Assembly: GCA_002633005.1 (NCBI GenBank)
Contig: NMRA01000110.1
Span: forward strand, 684,448 to 748,447
Direction of reading: 5' to 3'
From: Phoronis australis
Taxonomy: Eukaryota > Animalia > Phoronida
DNA: 64,000 nucleotides
The translations under genes were made by a program, and so were the position numbers. Positions 35,834 through 50,000 of this stretch are shown here, piece after piece (within the stretch, counting starts at the first letter, position 1; each line of letters opens with the position of its first letter). A model generated the notes under the pieces. The model was given only the letters and a program-made list of their open reading frames with translations, ran no database searches and had not been told where the DNA came from.

Positions 35834-38800
35834 TCGAGAAGGAACCTTTGTACCATGGACACTGTTTTTAAGATTGTTTTGATTGCCGATCGAGGTCTTT
35901 TGTGAACACTAACCTGAGAATGTCAGAATGTCTCGCATGACAATACCCAAGGCAACGGTGAACTTAGACTTTCTTTCAACCGCTGATTTGTTAGAAATTC
36001 ATCTTGCAAACCACTATTCTCTATTCTCCTTTTGAAAATTATAAAACAATCAGTTTGCACCAAGTAATGTGGGATTTCTCGTAGAATAGTGCGGTGTGCA
36101 ACACCGGTGTTGTCTGTAACACTGGTGTTGAACTTTGGAGTTTGAGTGGTTGACACATCGGTGTTACGCGTTGTTTGCTAAATACATCATCGTGGGAACT
36201 GGTCATGCATGGAATGGTATATTTGTAGCGCCGAGATGCAGAGAGACAGCTGATTGGACCATTGTCTCCCCGCAGTGTCGGGCAATGGATAGCACACGAT
36301 TCAATGGAAAAGTACGGGAAAAACATACCACTAGATGGAGTTTTGGATGATATTAGAGACTACACCAATTTATCTTTAATGCTATTCTCAAAGACGAATG
36401 GATACAGTCTCTGAAATCCTCTTTACGCCCATGTTCTAGCAAAACGTCTCTTTGCAGCGACTGCGAGAAAATACGCTAGATCCCATAAAGAGAAACAAAA
36501 AAAAACAATATCGTCATACCCAATCTGCGTCGGAACGCTCGCGTTTCTCTGTTTAAGAGTAGAAAATCACCATGGCAACACACATGCGGGCGGGATTAAT
36601 GAGAGAACTTACTGAGCGCTGGCGACCAAAACGGAGAGGTTGTACTCTCGGTGCAGGGTAGGCTGCACGTAGCCCTGGCCTTCGGCTGGCTACACAGGGG
36701 CTGCAGCGCTCCCTCTCGGTTTGTGCACTAATCTCAGACCGATTAAGTAATTTTCACTTCGTTTACACTTAAAATTGTCAATCAAAAAGGCGCTTACTTT
36801 CTTCAGCGATCTCTTCTGGTTTTACACATATCTTCGATGAAGCATGTCTACGGGAATTAAAACGATTAAAGCGAAGAACTCCAACTCCATTTATTCGGTG
36901 GCCATGTTCCGGGTACCGTCCGTTTAAAATACACGGGATGTGATTGGTACAGAAACCGATGGGGAGAATTATAACCCCTTTATAGCCCGCCGAGGAGGTA
37001 CGTGTTGCTAAGCAACTGTCGCGGTAATTCGTCACTTGCTTACAGTGATCTGATTTTAAGGGATAGTAGATGCAATGCAAAACTATTTTGTACATTGGAA
37101 AAGATTTTAAAACAATTCTTTGACGAACTCCTTTATGGCGGACTCACTCACGAAATGTCGTCGATTTCCATGGCAATTGTTTGTAAGTCGACTTGTAGTC
37201 GTCGCCCAACTGCTACACAACCGCTAAGTAGAGTCCCGGCAGACTCGATCACTAGAAAATGTCAAACCACTTGTTGTCAAATATGCAACAATTCGTTAGC
37301 ACACATACAGTGTGGATGCTCAAATTACAAAATTGAAATTCCTAAATTATCAATAGCATTTGAGAAAGTTATGAAGTCATAAAATCACTCCTTATTAACA
37401 ATCCATACATTGGCCGCTGCTATTGTAACTCGTTTTTATTAAATGAAATCAAAATTTGTTCTAAAAACTTGTGAAGTAAAGGAGACCTCATCGAACTCGT
37501 GATCTTCCTATTCGCAAGAGAACTTTTACCGCTGCGTCACCGACCAGCACGTGACCGAAAGCCCTTCAAGTCATCCAGGTTCTGAAATCACTTTTGTTTC
37601 AAAGGTACAGCGGTGTTTTAGGGCTGAAAAACGCATTTTTGAATTATTGTTGGTTGGGATAAAGTCCTTGAGGTAATTAGCGTTGGCCAGAGCTATATAA
37701 AGCAACAAGATCCTTTGTGTTTTGTGATTTTATTTCAAATCGCCAATTCTCGTCGTNTGAAACTTAGCATATGAGTTTGGTTTGTTGAGATGTAGAAAAA
37801 CCTCACTTTTTAAGAATTTTCATTCATTATTTTCCTTTTTATGACCTGTACCTCCATTTTGCAACAAAATCGGGCGTCGAAGTAGGCATGTTTGAATGCA
37901 TTTTACTAGCATGTGTGGTAAGGTCAAAACAAATGAATAATAGGAATTGAAAGCGCAGTGGCTGAATAATTTAATGGCATAACTTTCAAAATCCATTTTT
38001 AAATTTGTACGTTTTGAATTTGTGAGGCAAAAACGGCTATTTTTGAGGTTTTCACTGAAGCCATTTTCGGCCAAATTTGGCACTCTGTAGAAGCCATAAC
38101 GCACCTTTCCTGAAATTGACTTTATAATAATTTGTTTAGTCATTCCTAACCTGTTCATAATCTAAAATAAAAAAATCTTGCCTCTAATGTAGCTTAGGCG
38201 TACGAAGCATTACACGAACTGCACTTCGTCCTTTTGCATGTTCTCAGTTGCCCCTGCTGCCAATAGGGGGCTCTTGCAACATATAATTAGCTTGCGAAAC
38301 ACGACATAAAAACCTTGTATTTTGGAGAAAAGGCAGACAGCATTATTAATTACCATTCTATGAAAACGGCATTGATGATTATTGCTTATTACAAAAATAT
38401 GTAATGTAAATCAACTGGCATGCGTGGTTCTAAATGATAGATGGCGCTGCTTTTGTTTTCGTAGAGACTGAAGACGCATCTAGAATAAGAGCAGTAACAC
38501 GAGGACCTTGCTATAATTCAAGACTTCGCGAGATATTGCCCTGCATTTTAAATGAGAACATGTAGTTTTGGATACATTTTAGAGAGGTTTTAGTGTTACT
38601 GAACTCACCCCTGCCTTGTTTTCTGTCTGCCTTGTTGGTGCCACAGGCAAAGGAAGGCACCCAAGGTGGATATGGCCCCCCAGTGCTCAGTGCAAAAAAT
38701 CCTTCAACTTGTCAATAGTCATTGTAACTTTGGGTTCATATTGTAATGTCCCTGCTGGTTTCTACAAATTTTAGTCGCCACCAGTCGCCAGAAATCCGGT

Positions 38801-38999
38801 GTTCCCCCCACACACCGGGCACCCTAACGATGAATATTTCTGTCAGTGTGATCATCAGTGGTATAAAAAGGTACACATTCACATCACAGTCATCAGAAAA
38901 TAATTCACGAGAGACAATTTTATTAATGACTCATTCATGACAGACATGGAGTTACCAGAAGTAACGGCCTCGACTTCATATATCACACATCTTTGATTG

Positions 39000-41079
39000 G
39001 TATACAAAACTACTCTAAACGTTGAGCTCATTTACCAGTTCATTCAGTAAATCTAACGATATAACAGCATCTTCAGCAGAAATTGCATCGTCATAAACAT
39101 TGCTGCAGACAACCTTGGAAAAATCGACCAATATGCGATTCACTTTATATCACAGGTAAATACTTTACCAGTGGTTTCTCGTAATGTTTTCTCCATTTTG
39201 GCTCTTCCGAGGGTGAACGTTTTTACCTGAATTATCTCCTTCATCGAATATGTTCGTCAGAAAGTTCTTAACCTTTGATGGAAATCTTGTTGACACTTTA
39301 CCTGTTTTCAATGCCTAACCTATTGCTTCAGCATTCGTCTCATCCAAATAGTGCTCTGAGGCTGCCTCAAATGACGCTCGGTTCTTGCATCTGAAAGCAT
39401 TTCTGACCCCTGTCGTGCGATGTGGTCATACGTGGTTTCCATCTGTAAATGTTCAGTGTAGTTACCCACATCCAAATGCTGACCTAGTTCTGCGTCTGTA
39501 GCAAAAAAAATTCGAGTAACCTTGCTGGGTACAAGGGAACTTTGTTGAGGCTCTTCACTAGATACAATGTCAACCTTAACTCTTGGAGTTGAAAATCCGC
39601 CATGTGTAGAGATGTTAGTGTATTTTAGAGAAATAAGTTTCCCATTTTCTCAGTATTTTGTACGAACTTACCGTCACCTACATGGAGTGATTTCCACACG
39701 CGAATTCCTTGGGTGGAATAGTGGGAATTTTTTAATGTGCTTATACCAGGAACTGAGTATTTTGGAAAAGACTTTGTTGCATTGACTGAACATGCATACA
39801 CATAACATCCCTTCACATGGCCACTGGAAAGTAATGCTTCTTTCAAATCCAGAAACTTTATGATATTGTTACCTTCGGCTACAAAGTACTTTGCATGTTG
39901 TTTGAGTGGAGCGATCTTGCGATCACAGAGATCCTTTCCATTCTGACTTTCACTAAAGTCATATCTCGAAACAGAANNNNNNNNNNNNNNNNNNNNNNNN
40001 NNNNNNNNNNNNNNNNNNNNNNNNNNNNNNNNNNNNNNNNNNNNNNNNNNNNNNNNNNNNNNNNNNNNNNNNNNNNNNNNNNNNNNNNNNNNNNNNNNNN
40101 NNNNNNNNNNNNNNNNNNNNNNNNNNNNNNNNNNNNNNNNNNNNNNNNNNNNNNNNNNNNNNNNNNNNNNNNNNNNNNNNNNNNNNNNNNNNNNNNNNNN
40201 NNNNNNNNNNNNNNNNNNNNNNNNNNNNNNNNNNNNNNNNNNNNNNNNNNNNNNNNNNNNNNNNNNNNNNNNNNNNNNNNNNNNNNNNNNNNNNNNNNNN
40301 NNNNNNNNNNNNNNNNNNNNNNNNNNNNNNNNNNNNNNNNNNNNNNNNNNNNNNNNNNNNNNNNNNNNNNNNNNNNNNNNNNNNNNNNNNNNNNNNNNNN
40401 NNNNNNNNNNNNNNNNNNNNNNNNNNNNNNNNNNNNNNNNNNNNNNNNNNNNNNNNNNNNNNNNNNNNNNNNNNNNNNNNNNNNNNNNNNNNNNNNNNNN
40501 NNNNNNNNNNNNNNNNNNNNNNNNNNNNNNNNNNNNNNNNNNNNNNNNNNNNNNNNNNNNNNNNNNNNNNNNNNNNNNNNNNNNNNNNNNNNNNNNNNNN
40601 NNNNNNNNNNNNNNNNNNNNNNNNNNNNNNNNNNNNNNNNNNNNNNNNNNNNNNNNNNNNNNNNNNNNNNNNNNNNNNNNNNNNNNNNNNNNNNNNNNNN
40701 NNNNNNNNNNNNNNNNNNNNNNNNNNNNNNNNNNNNNNNNNNNNNNNNNNNNNNNNNNNNNNNNNNNNNNNNNNNNNNNNNNNNNNNNNNNNNNNNNNNN
40801 NNNNNNNNNNNNNNNNNNNNNNNNNNNNNNNNNNNNNNNNNNNNNNNNNNNNNNNNNNNNNNNNNNNNNNNNNNNNNNNNNNNNNNNNNNNNATATGCCC
40901 AATTGTGCCAATTTGTGTTATCATGCTCCAGCGGCGAAATTAGGGGTCATTGAGTGCACAAAATTTGGCATTTGGGTTTATGTTAGGATACCAACCCATG
41001 TACAAAAAATGAAGTTGTTTTAAATTTTGACGTATAGACTGATTTTTGAAAATCTACTGGTTTTTATATGGACTGCCTC
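39000..41079 (-). mobile_element. Sola3-like DNA transposon remnant spanning the gap
   Basis: Transposase remnant plus a candidate terminus ...ggactgCCTC|TTAA at 41079 (GAG terminus and TTAA target recalled for Sola3). The opposite terminus was not found. Confidence 0.45.
39090..39976 (-). pseudogene. Decayed DDD-type DNA transposase, C-terminal half (Sola3-like)
   Basis: RYDFSESQNGKDLCDRKIAPLKQHAKYFVAEGNNI...LKEALLSSGHVKG...VPGISTLKN...GIRVWK, then a frameshifted zinc-finger remnant (FPCTQQG...LGQHLDVG) and G*ALKTGKVSTRFPSKVKNFLTNIFDEGDNSGK. Stops and frameshifts are present. The upstream part lies in the N gap. Confidence 0.7.
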
Positions 41080-43269
41080 TTAATTACATAACACTTCTGT
41101 CTTATTTGTTAAAAATTATATCGTCTGCAATTCAGATTAGTTCGGTGAAACTCGACCAGCGGGAAAATTCGGACGATACGCGTAATGTTTCGTTGGATAT
41201 TATTTCAGCAATGCCACTGTCGGCACTTTTTTCTATTTATCCAAAATCGACACACAATTTTGATTGATGCCTCACATTAAATGAATGCTTCATTGTCCTA
41301 TCCGTTTTGTTTATTTTTGTTTGACCTGATTACGGTCTTGTTTTAGAATCACAATAAATTTATGAAATTTCTACCAACACCAAGTTGAACTTTAGTCTTT
41401 AACATTTTTAAATGTTAAAGACTTAAAAGTGTTACGGGCACACGTCACCAAGTTTAACCTTTGTGCTATGCAGTGTCGTGACGTGCACAGATAGCTCGCT
41501 GGGCAGGCTTTGTCTTCCCGCCGGATGCCTTTTAACGCAAGTCACCATAGCCTGTAAACTCTAAATGGCATTTATAGACCGGCTTACTGTCAGAGGAATT
41601 AGGAGACGTTATAAAAGTGAACAATGAAATGATTCGGATTCGTGACAACGACGATATAATTAGTCAAAAATACATGTCGTGGTTTTCACCGCAAGCATAC
41701 ATTTCGTTTTCACCGCAAGACAGGGATCAATGATAAAAGGGTACTTGGTAGGGCCCAATTTCGGTCTGGACTAAAAATTTGTCAATAGTTAATGTACAGG
41801 AAAAGGATATGAGGATAATTATCAACATGTCATTATTTCTCGCTGACTGAGACGACAGAGGTATCTGACATGGGTTCAAACCAGAAGTAATGTCTTCCTG
41901 ATGCAGTGTATATCGGTATTGAGTTAAATATTGTATCTTGCCACTTTTCATTGCCGGAGCGCGTTTATTTCTCTGGTTTGCCACAAATATCTCACGTAAT
42001 TTACACCTGAAAATTCATTTTTGTCAGGTATCAAAAATATTTTGAATCGCGAGACTCCGACACAAACACCAACAGGAGCTCAAAACATAAAATTTTTAAC
42101 GGTTTGCGGAATTTAAAGTTCTAGTCTCTTTCGGAAAAAATCTTAGCTGAAAATTTTGGGACCTGTTTCGCGGTAAATCACGATGTACATGTTTCTTTGT
42201 ATTTATGCATGAATAGGGCTTACTGTCACTTAAACTTGTTCTATTAATCTTCACTTTTTCAATCCTGCGAACATGCATTTTATATAACAGCGAAAGGCAG
42301 AGTGACAATCAGACGTTACCCACATATAAGTCGAATGGACCGGTGAAGAAATGCGTTTTTCGGAGACGAGTAACTTTCCGAATGTAAGACCATTGTCTTA
42401 CATTCGAATGACGTCGTTACTTCAGGTATAAGGTCAGGCTTATCATATGCTGCCCAAACTTTTTGACTCGCATGGACATCATTTTTTCACTCGTAGACGG
42501 GCTAACCTTGCTTACGCACGTCATTCCCTGTGTAACGGGAATCGGTGGAGCGACCAGCACCGATCTAATTAGTTTCTAAAATGTCGACTGTTCGTAGCCG
42601 ATAAAAATATTTGCAGCGTTGTGTAGTTCTTCACTCGTTCGAATCGCATACGAGAGAACCATGGTGACAACTTATAAAGAGTGAAACAAGAGAGAAGATA
42701 AGTATACTGAGTTTTATTATGCAAAAAATATGAAACACAAATCTACAAACTTACAACTCATCGCCAACTTCCGTCGACATCGCAGCTTTGACTTATAACC
42801 CAAAGAATTTATAAACAAGAAGAATTCGCTGCAACATGCCAAACTACAAATTTAAAAGGCCCAAACAGTTAGTTTGCTTGGTTGGTATTCCTTGCAGATA
42901 GAGTCGAGACCCGGCAGAATACGAAGTTTTAGCTTGATGGGCCCATTTTTATAGGCTTATTCGCACCGCGAATGTTCCAAATTACGCTAAAATAGGGGTC
43001 TCAAGTTAAATGTAAAAACCAATCAAAATGGAACTAAAAATTTCGTCATCGGAAGTTCCATATAAGGAATTGACCATCTTACACCCCTTTAAAATATAAT
43101 AACACACTACTGAGTACCTTCTGGAACTAAACTGACGACTCGTCTTCACTCACGACTCCACCAATAGACGACGCTCCCGTCAAACCTGCAAGGGGTAAAT
43201 GAGTGAGGCTCAACCTTGGAATGGATGTGCGACCGTAACTCAAGGCAGAGGGGTCTGGCTAACATGCAC

Positions 43270-43400
43270 TTTGGAATCACGTGCAGCGGAAGTGTGTAGC
43301 CTATTAGATTTTACAATTTTCCCCGCTCAAATGGCCCGAATACAAGCATGCGCCTAAGATTCGCACTTAAGCACGACTACACAAATATGCTCATGCGCTC
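43270..43400. promoter_or_regulatory. Putative promoter of the MFS transporter gene
   Basis: CpG-enriched region about 650-780 bp upstream of the ATG, with E-box TCACGTG, ETS GCGGAAGTG and NRF1-like GCATGCGC. Confidence 0.35.
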
Positions 43401-44048
43401 AATTGCGGGTTTTTACGAAAACAAAAACACAAGTTCGTGTCAGAACTCGCAATTTCGATTTTTCACCGGCAAAATCTCGAGTTTTTGCTCTATTAGAGTG
43501 TGTAGCTCAACTGAGGGCTCATGTACTACGAAGTGGACTAGTACACACTCGTTTTTGTAGGCCAAGATACACTTAAGTTTAGAATAATAGATAATTATCT
43601 TGAGCTCGTGATGAGAACGGGAAATGTTAAAACTAGTAATCTCGAGGACGAATGAGAAAAATTAGCGCCCGCCGGGTAGGACCCTCAGTGGTTAACCGTT
43701 GAGTCACGAACAGCGAGACGAGTAAACCGTTTTATGTAATATGTATCGTCACAAATTGTCCTGATTAGGCCTATGGCAGAGCTCGTAACTTATTGATTCA
43801 CTCGTCTGTGCAGGATAGGATGTATAGTAGGCCTACTGAGCCCGTCGACGCCGTACTGATATGGCTGCACAGAGCTTGCCGTAAACGAATGACATAAGTC
43901 GACATCATCATCGCCGGTCAAGTCGTGAAGCATGAAGATTACCTGTAGCACACTACAGAAGGCGCTGTAAATACAGGTGTTGCATAGTTTGTATATAAAT
44001 AGATTCCATTGATAACCAGTACGCGACGCCTTCGTTGTGGGGAACACG

Positions 44049-47000
44049 ATGACGAACCTACGGCTGAGGCAAGCCTCTATATTTCTCATAGCATGGAGCG
44101 CGTACGGATCGACATACTTCCTTAGAAAGCCTGTCGGCGTGGTAAGTCTTGTTCATAGCGTTATGGTGTAGTTCAGCAATTGACAACGCGACTGTCTCAA
44201 ATGGATCTTTACGAGTAGCTCTTGATAGCAGCCATCACATACTCGAATCTAAGGCCAGCCATTCTATGATGGCAATCAGTCGTGTGTTATACACAATTAA
44301 GAATAATGGCTGTAAGTGATCGTCTCTTAAAACGTATGGTGGACTGTGGGCGCAGACCAACTGGCGCCCTCAAAATACAATGTAAGCAGTAGTAGGCACC
44401 TGTGATCAAATGGCTGAAATATGACCGGGGTTCACCCTAAGGTCCAGGGCAGACATCGAGCTACGGCCCTCGAGTGCATTGCTTAGCTCATTCCTCATGT
44501 CACAATGAACGAAATGCTTCCCGAGGGGGCGAGGTGAATGTCTCCGTTCTTGGCTTTGTTTAATTGTTTCCCGAGTGCATGGCCTAGTCGTGACAGATGA
44601 GCGAGTTGAGCTTAGTGCTTAGCCGATAACTGTCGGTAGCCATTGAAAATTAGTTATTTCATCACCTGATAACCACATTGTTGCTGTACCCGCCATGTGC
44701 TTCGCTTCTTTCGGGTACTGATAAAATGCGCCAGGTAGCCAGCTGAGGTCGTTGCTTTTGGGTGAAATCAGTCTTGTTCGACTGTACCTATCGAGTAAAG
44801 TCGTGAACGACGAGATAGGTCATGTCCGATTTTGCCTGCATCTTTGACCGGTATATTCCGATTCAAAACCTATAGGAAGATTGTTCATATAGACAAAAAG
44901 GCTTTAGTTTTGAACAAAACACCTGTGAAAATATAAAATGCACAGTTCTAACGTGTTGACACAGCTAAAACCGTGTCAGTGAATAGCATTTTGAACACTC
45001 GGGTATTTTGGTAGTCTCAAATTTGGGACTTTGAGAGCTACGAAAATACCCGAATGGATGACTGATTAACAAAGATACTGTATCAACTATCATATCTTTG
45101 TGATTAATGACTGCAACTAGATTTGGTCCACAAGGATGGCACACGCAGTTGTTCAAACAGACCATATTGTCAAGTAGGTCATGTTGTTCTATATCACCTG
45201 AAGAGAGTGCTTATAGCAATAGATAATAAACTGTTGAGTGTTGACGATCGCCGTCTTGTTTTGACTGAGCACTGATTTAGCTTATGCGATAAATCGCATT
45301 ACTTTTATGACATATATCTTGCGATTGAGAAGTGGCTAGCACTGCAGTGGCTGTGCGACATACATGTATGGCCAGGTTGANGAATGGATGACTGATTAAC
45401 AAAGATACTGTATCAACTATCATATCTTTGTGATTAATGACTGCAACTAGATTTGGTCCACAAGGATGGCACATGCAGTTGTTCAAACAGACCATATTGT
45501 CAAGTAGGTCATGTTGTTCTATATCACCTGAAGAGTGTGCTTATAGCAATAGATAATAAACTGTTGAGTGTTGACGATCGCCGTCTTGTTTTGACTGAGC
45601 ACTGATTTAGCTTATGCGATAAATCGCATTACTTTTATGACATATATCTTGCGATTGAGAAGTGGCTAGCACTGCAGTGGCTGTGCGACATACATGTATG
45701 GCCAGGTTGATAACTGTGTTCAGGACGTAAATAATGTTGTAGGTGGTATTTGTGGAAAAGGGGTCACTTCCAAGTCATTTCTTAGATTGTAAAATGTATT
45801 TCATAAGTAGCCATTCAGAATTTTGAACGCAGTTATTAAGGCCAACGAAATAGCCAAACAAATGGATACCACGCACGTGTCACGAGGATTGAGTACGCAT
45901 AATAAATGGGTGTCTAGTTATTACACTGGTTTGTTGTATATTTTATGACCTCACCCGTGGTAACATTCGTTGTCATTTTCTTGTGGGAGTGCCTTACGTT
46001 CGTAGAAGATTGTACATTTTCTACCATGTTTTGATCAAACCGTGAGCAAAACCTTCCAAAAATGATAACAGATCATTATGTAAGCAAATTCAGTTTGCAT
46101 CGCCTTCGCTTCGGTAACATGCGAGACGTCAATGCTTTACGGAGTCAGTGCAATCAGTGCGTACCCTGGCTGGCAAAATGCAAGACTTCTCGTGACATAT
46201 CCAAGTTCTTTCGCGGATGTCGTTTAGGGTCTGCGGAGCACAGCACTGGCAGGCCCTCGGCATAGACGCGAGAACCTCGCGAAAAAGGAAAGACACGCAG
46301 GACCTCGCGAGATATCGCCATGCATTTCGTGAAAATTGTGTGATCATACTAGCTTCCTTCGCGTTTTTGCGCCTATGGCTCTGAGTCTGATCTGTAAATT
46401 TTTCTTCTGTATTTGTACGCCATTTTGTATTCCCCTTATTGGAGAGCTAAGCTTTCCGACATTTTTAATCGGACCCGTGTTACTTGACCTCGGTAGAACT
46501 TGTCTCAAAAAGAACGCCCTTTTGCCATTGTGATATTTTCGGAAGTAAACTAATTGATCTGTTGATGCTTGCAGATAAAGTCCGACTTACAGACCGACCT
46601 TCAACTAACAAACTCCCAGCTGGGTATGTTAGACACTTCCCTCCTCTTGCCGTACGCACTGATGCAGGTGAGTCAATCAATAGCTACACACCTGGTCGCA
46701 CATCGTGGCAAACACAGTTCGAACTATCTGCAACTACATGTCGCTTAGACTTAATAAATAAATATATTTTCCCGATCAATTACTTCCCCGCGACTAATTA
46801 TTGTCGGTATTCGTCATTTCACCTTTATTTGCAGCTTTTTCGTTTGAATCAAAAGTCGGGGCATTGTCACTATTTTATCGTGTTGTGTTGCTATAGCATT
46901 TGCAGTAAATTTCACGCAGTGTAATGGTTCGTATGCTGCTGAATTGTGACAAAAACGATTTATTTCATTTTGTTAAAACCAAAGTTTTCTTTCTAATGTT

Positions 47001-50000
47001 CGACTACCTACGAAATTTCCTCCATTTCCATGTGCCCCTTATTTACGGTAAAGTCAGTGAGCTTGCCCCTGTCCAAGTCACCTCCTGTGTCTCAAAATTG
47101 GTCCCTATTTCAGATGATCCTGGGACCCATCGGTGATAAGATTGGTGCTCGGATTACGTACGGTTGTAGCCTCATCTTGGCCGGACTGTCTATGGTGAGC
47201 TCTGAAACGGGCCTGCTGATACACGATATATTTTCTGCCTCAAATTTTGGTTGGATTCTTGTCGCTTTGCTCGGTTCTACAAGCTTAACATAATTGATCT
47301 CTGGCCTAATTAGGTCATTTATGAAGATCTGCATTTTACTGAAAAACCGCCACTGTTTATTCTGTAACGAATTGCAAATAGATCTGGAATCAACAAAACA
47401 CCGTTGATTGCATGTTCAGCTAGTCTGGTGTCGAACGCATGAACTTTGGAAATGATCACAGCGATCAATCACGTGACTTCCGTCATCTCTTAAACATTGC
47501 TTGCATATAAATTACATGTCATGAAAGTACCATCGAAGATAAAGAAATTTATCAGTACTGGACACTTTATGTCCTATTTTTAATATTACTTCTTGCACTG
47601 GAGACGCGCCTGATTGCTCTGTTAATAGAAAAGTGTAAAATGTTTTTCTTATAGTTTACCAGAATGGAGAAATTTTCTCTGCAAACAAAAAAAAAACAAT
47701 AACTCTAGTAATTATCTTTGCGCATAATATATTCTGGTAGTGCCAATCATGTATTCTAATTTCGTATCCTGATGTTTGCACTCTGGTGTGGCTTGTGTAA
47801 AATAACCTTGACAATTCTTATCGGCTCTAACGTCAATATGTAGTAAAATATTAAGTATGGGAACGGCCGCCCATAATTAAGTTTTACCAGAGTCGTGTTT
47901 CTTTAAACTTTGCCTTTAGTTGTCTTTGAGCCGAGCACGCTCCCTCGTGTATTGCGCTCAACCAAATCGATGGTACACCTATTTGTGAAGTCTTTGTTCT
48001 TTTCCAGTGTACTTTCGGACAGTTCAGCAGTCTCCTCATCTTCATGATTCTCTTGTTCATAAATGGCTCAGCACAGGTAGTACACAACTTTCCTAAGATA
48101 TCGAAAACTGACTCGCTTTACATGGCTTTCGTTTAGGTCTTGTTGCTTTTTTCACGGAGCATCACAAACATTTTTAAGTCCGATCTGCAAGCCATGTGTT
48201 GGCCCCATCACTTGCTCTAATGAACATAAGTCTGCCCTTCCTAAAGTTCTCCGAGATTCCATTTGGCAGTTCGGGGGTGCGAATGTCTGACGGGCAAAAT
48301 TCTGGCTAATACTCTGCCCTAGCCCCCCCCAAATCAAAATCCTGAATCCGCCCCTGGACTGGGACTCTAACCCGAGGCCTTCTGCTGTGTTCTGGTGATG
48401 TGGCCAGCAGGTGTCTGCTGACTAGATTTAAATATGTATATGCTCTATATTTTTACGCGGGTTCAAGATTTACGTATTTATATCCAGGATGTATAGGACA
48501 CTAAAATACAACTTGACATATATTGCTATACATGTCGTCACCGGTGCTGAGGAGTGTTCTCTTTTTCGAATTTATAAACAATTGTTATTAGAGTTTGAAA
48601 TGTTCCTACCTCAATATTTCCATGGCTTGTTCGTGCTAACGCCTGTATTGGATGAAAGACATTTTTGTCATGTTTGTGGGAAACGGCTTTATCGAACCTG
48701 CGTACGTTGGGAGCCTCACTACTGAATAGGAAGGGGTAAGATAACCCCTGGAGGGCGAAACATTCATAGTAGTGTGAATCGCATCATCAAACAAGGGGAT
48801 TTGGAGCCATTATGAATTATACCTACAAGTCTTCAAATGATTCTACAATGACCAAAAGTGAAGGCAGTGCGCGAAGTATTGCTGGGCACTCAATTGTAAA
48901 ATACGTATCATCCACAAAACGAACTCTTAAAATGCAGATACAACCAATGTCTAGTATCTCTCAATATACCAATTTGAAGTCGTATAACCCACTCCTCATT
49001 TTATTGAAGCAGCTGATAATAAAAATGTTTACTTAGATAAGCTATATCGAAGGACATGCGCCTGATAACTATTGACGTGGCCGACATCTGTTGTTCGAAA
49101 AAGCAACTAGTGAACGGTGTCCACAGCCTGATAGTCTTGGCAAGAGTGAAAACATGGAAACCTTTGCCCGAATTTATCTCTGAGGACGCCTGAAAGATAC
49201 ACTTTCAGTTCTTTCAAACTGTTGTCTTTCCAAGTCGCTTCTGAAAAATCTGGGCGCTTTATCGAAAATCTTCGGAAGCACCTGTGATGTTTATAAGTAG
49301 CGCACGGCGATCGGAGTTTTGCAATCAAGTTAACGCTCAAGTATGCACGTAAAGTGGTATTTTGCTGAAGAGTGGCACCACACTTGCTCTTTTTGGTCTT
49401 CAGTTTGAATAGGACAAGACAACCCCGCCCCCATGTGGGAGAGAACCTCCACAATACGCTGTCAGATTGTTTGAATATGCTTGCACAAGTGTTCTGTAAG
49501 CGCTACTTGTTTCTACCGATGACGAGCGTGCCAATGTTCCACGTGTCCATACCTTGACGTTCTCCTTCATTTGCAGTCGCAGTGTTGGCCAAATTGTACA
49601 AAAGGTCTTGGCGCCTGGTTTCCCGACAGTTCCCGGGACAAAGTGTTCGGTCTGTTCGGCACATCGGCGTTTGTCGGTGGCGCGCTAGGATCTGCTTTGG
49701 CGGTAAGAAGGTTTAGTCAAAACAAGTGCACGTGCTTTGTCGTAGTAACGCCTTTGTCCTCTTCACTGGTTTTTCTAGAAATCTGATTTTGATCTCAAAA
49801 TTTTCGCACTAATGTAGCTTCGATCTCAGATAACTGTACAGTTTGAATGGACACCACAGTTTGAATGGTTATCACAGTTTGTATGGTAGTAGGCCCCGCT
49901 GTAGCCTAAATATTCGAGCGGTAACATTTTTGTCCATATATGACCACCCCTGTCAAACGTTGACTTCTGCACCCTCCGAGGGTCACATGAAGCTATACCT

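Noticed and set aside
39895-40953. Long ORFs over the second gap
   Set aside because: N artefacts. Only the minus-strand transposase portion below 39976 is real.
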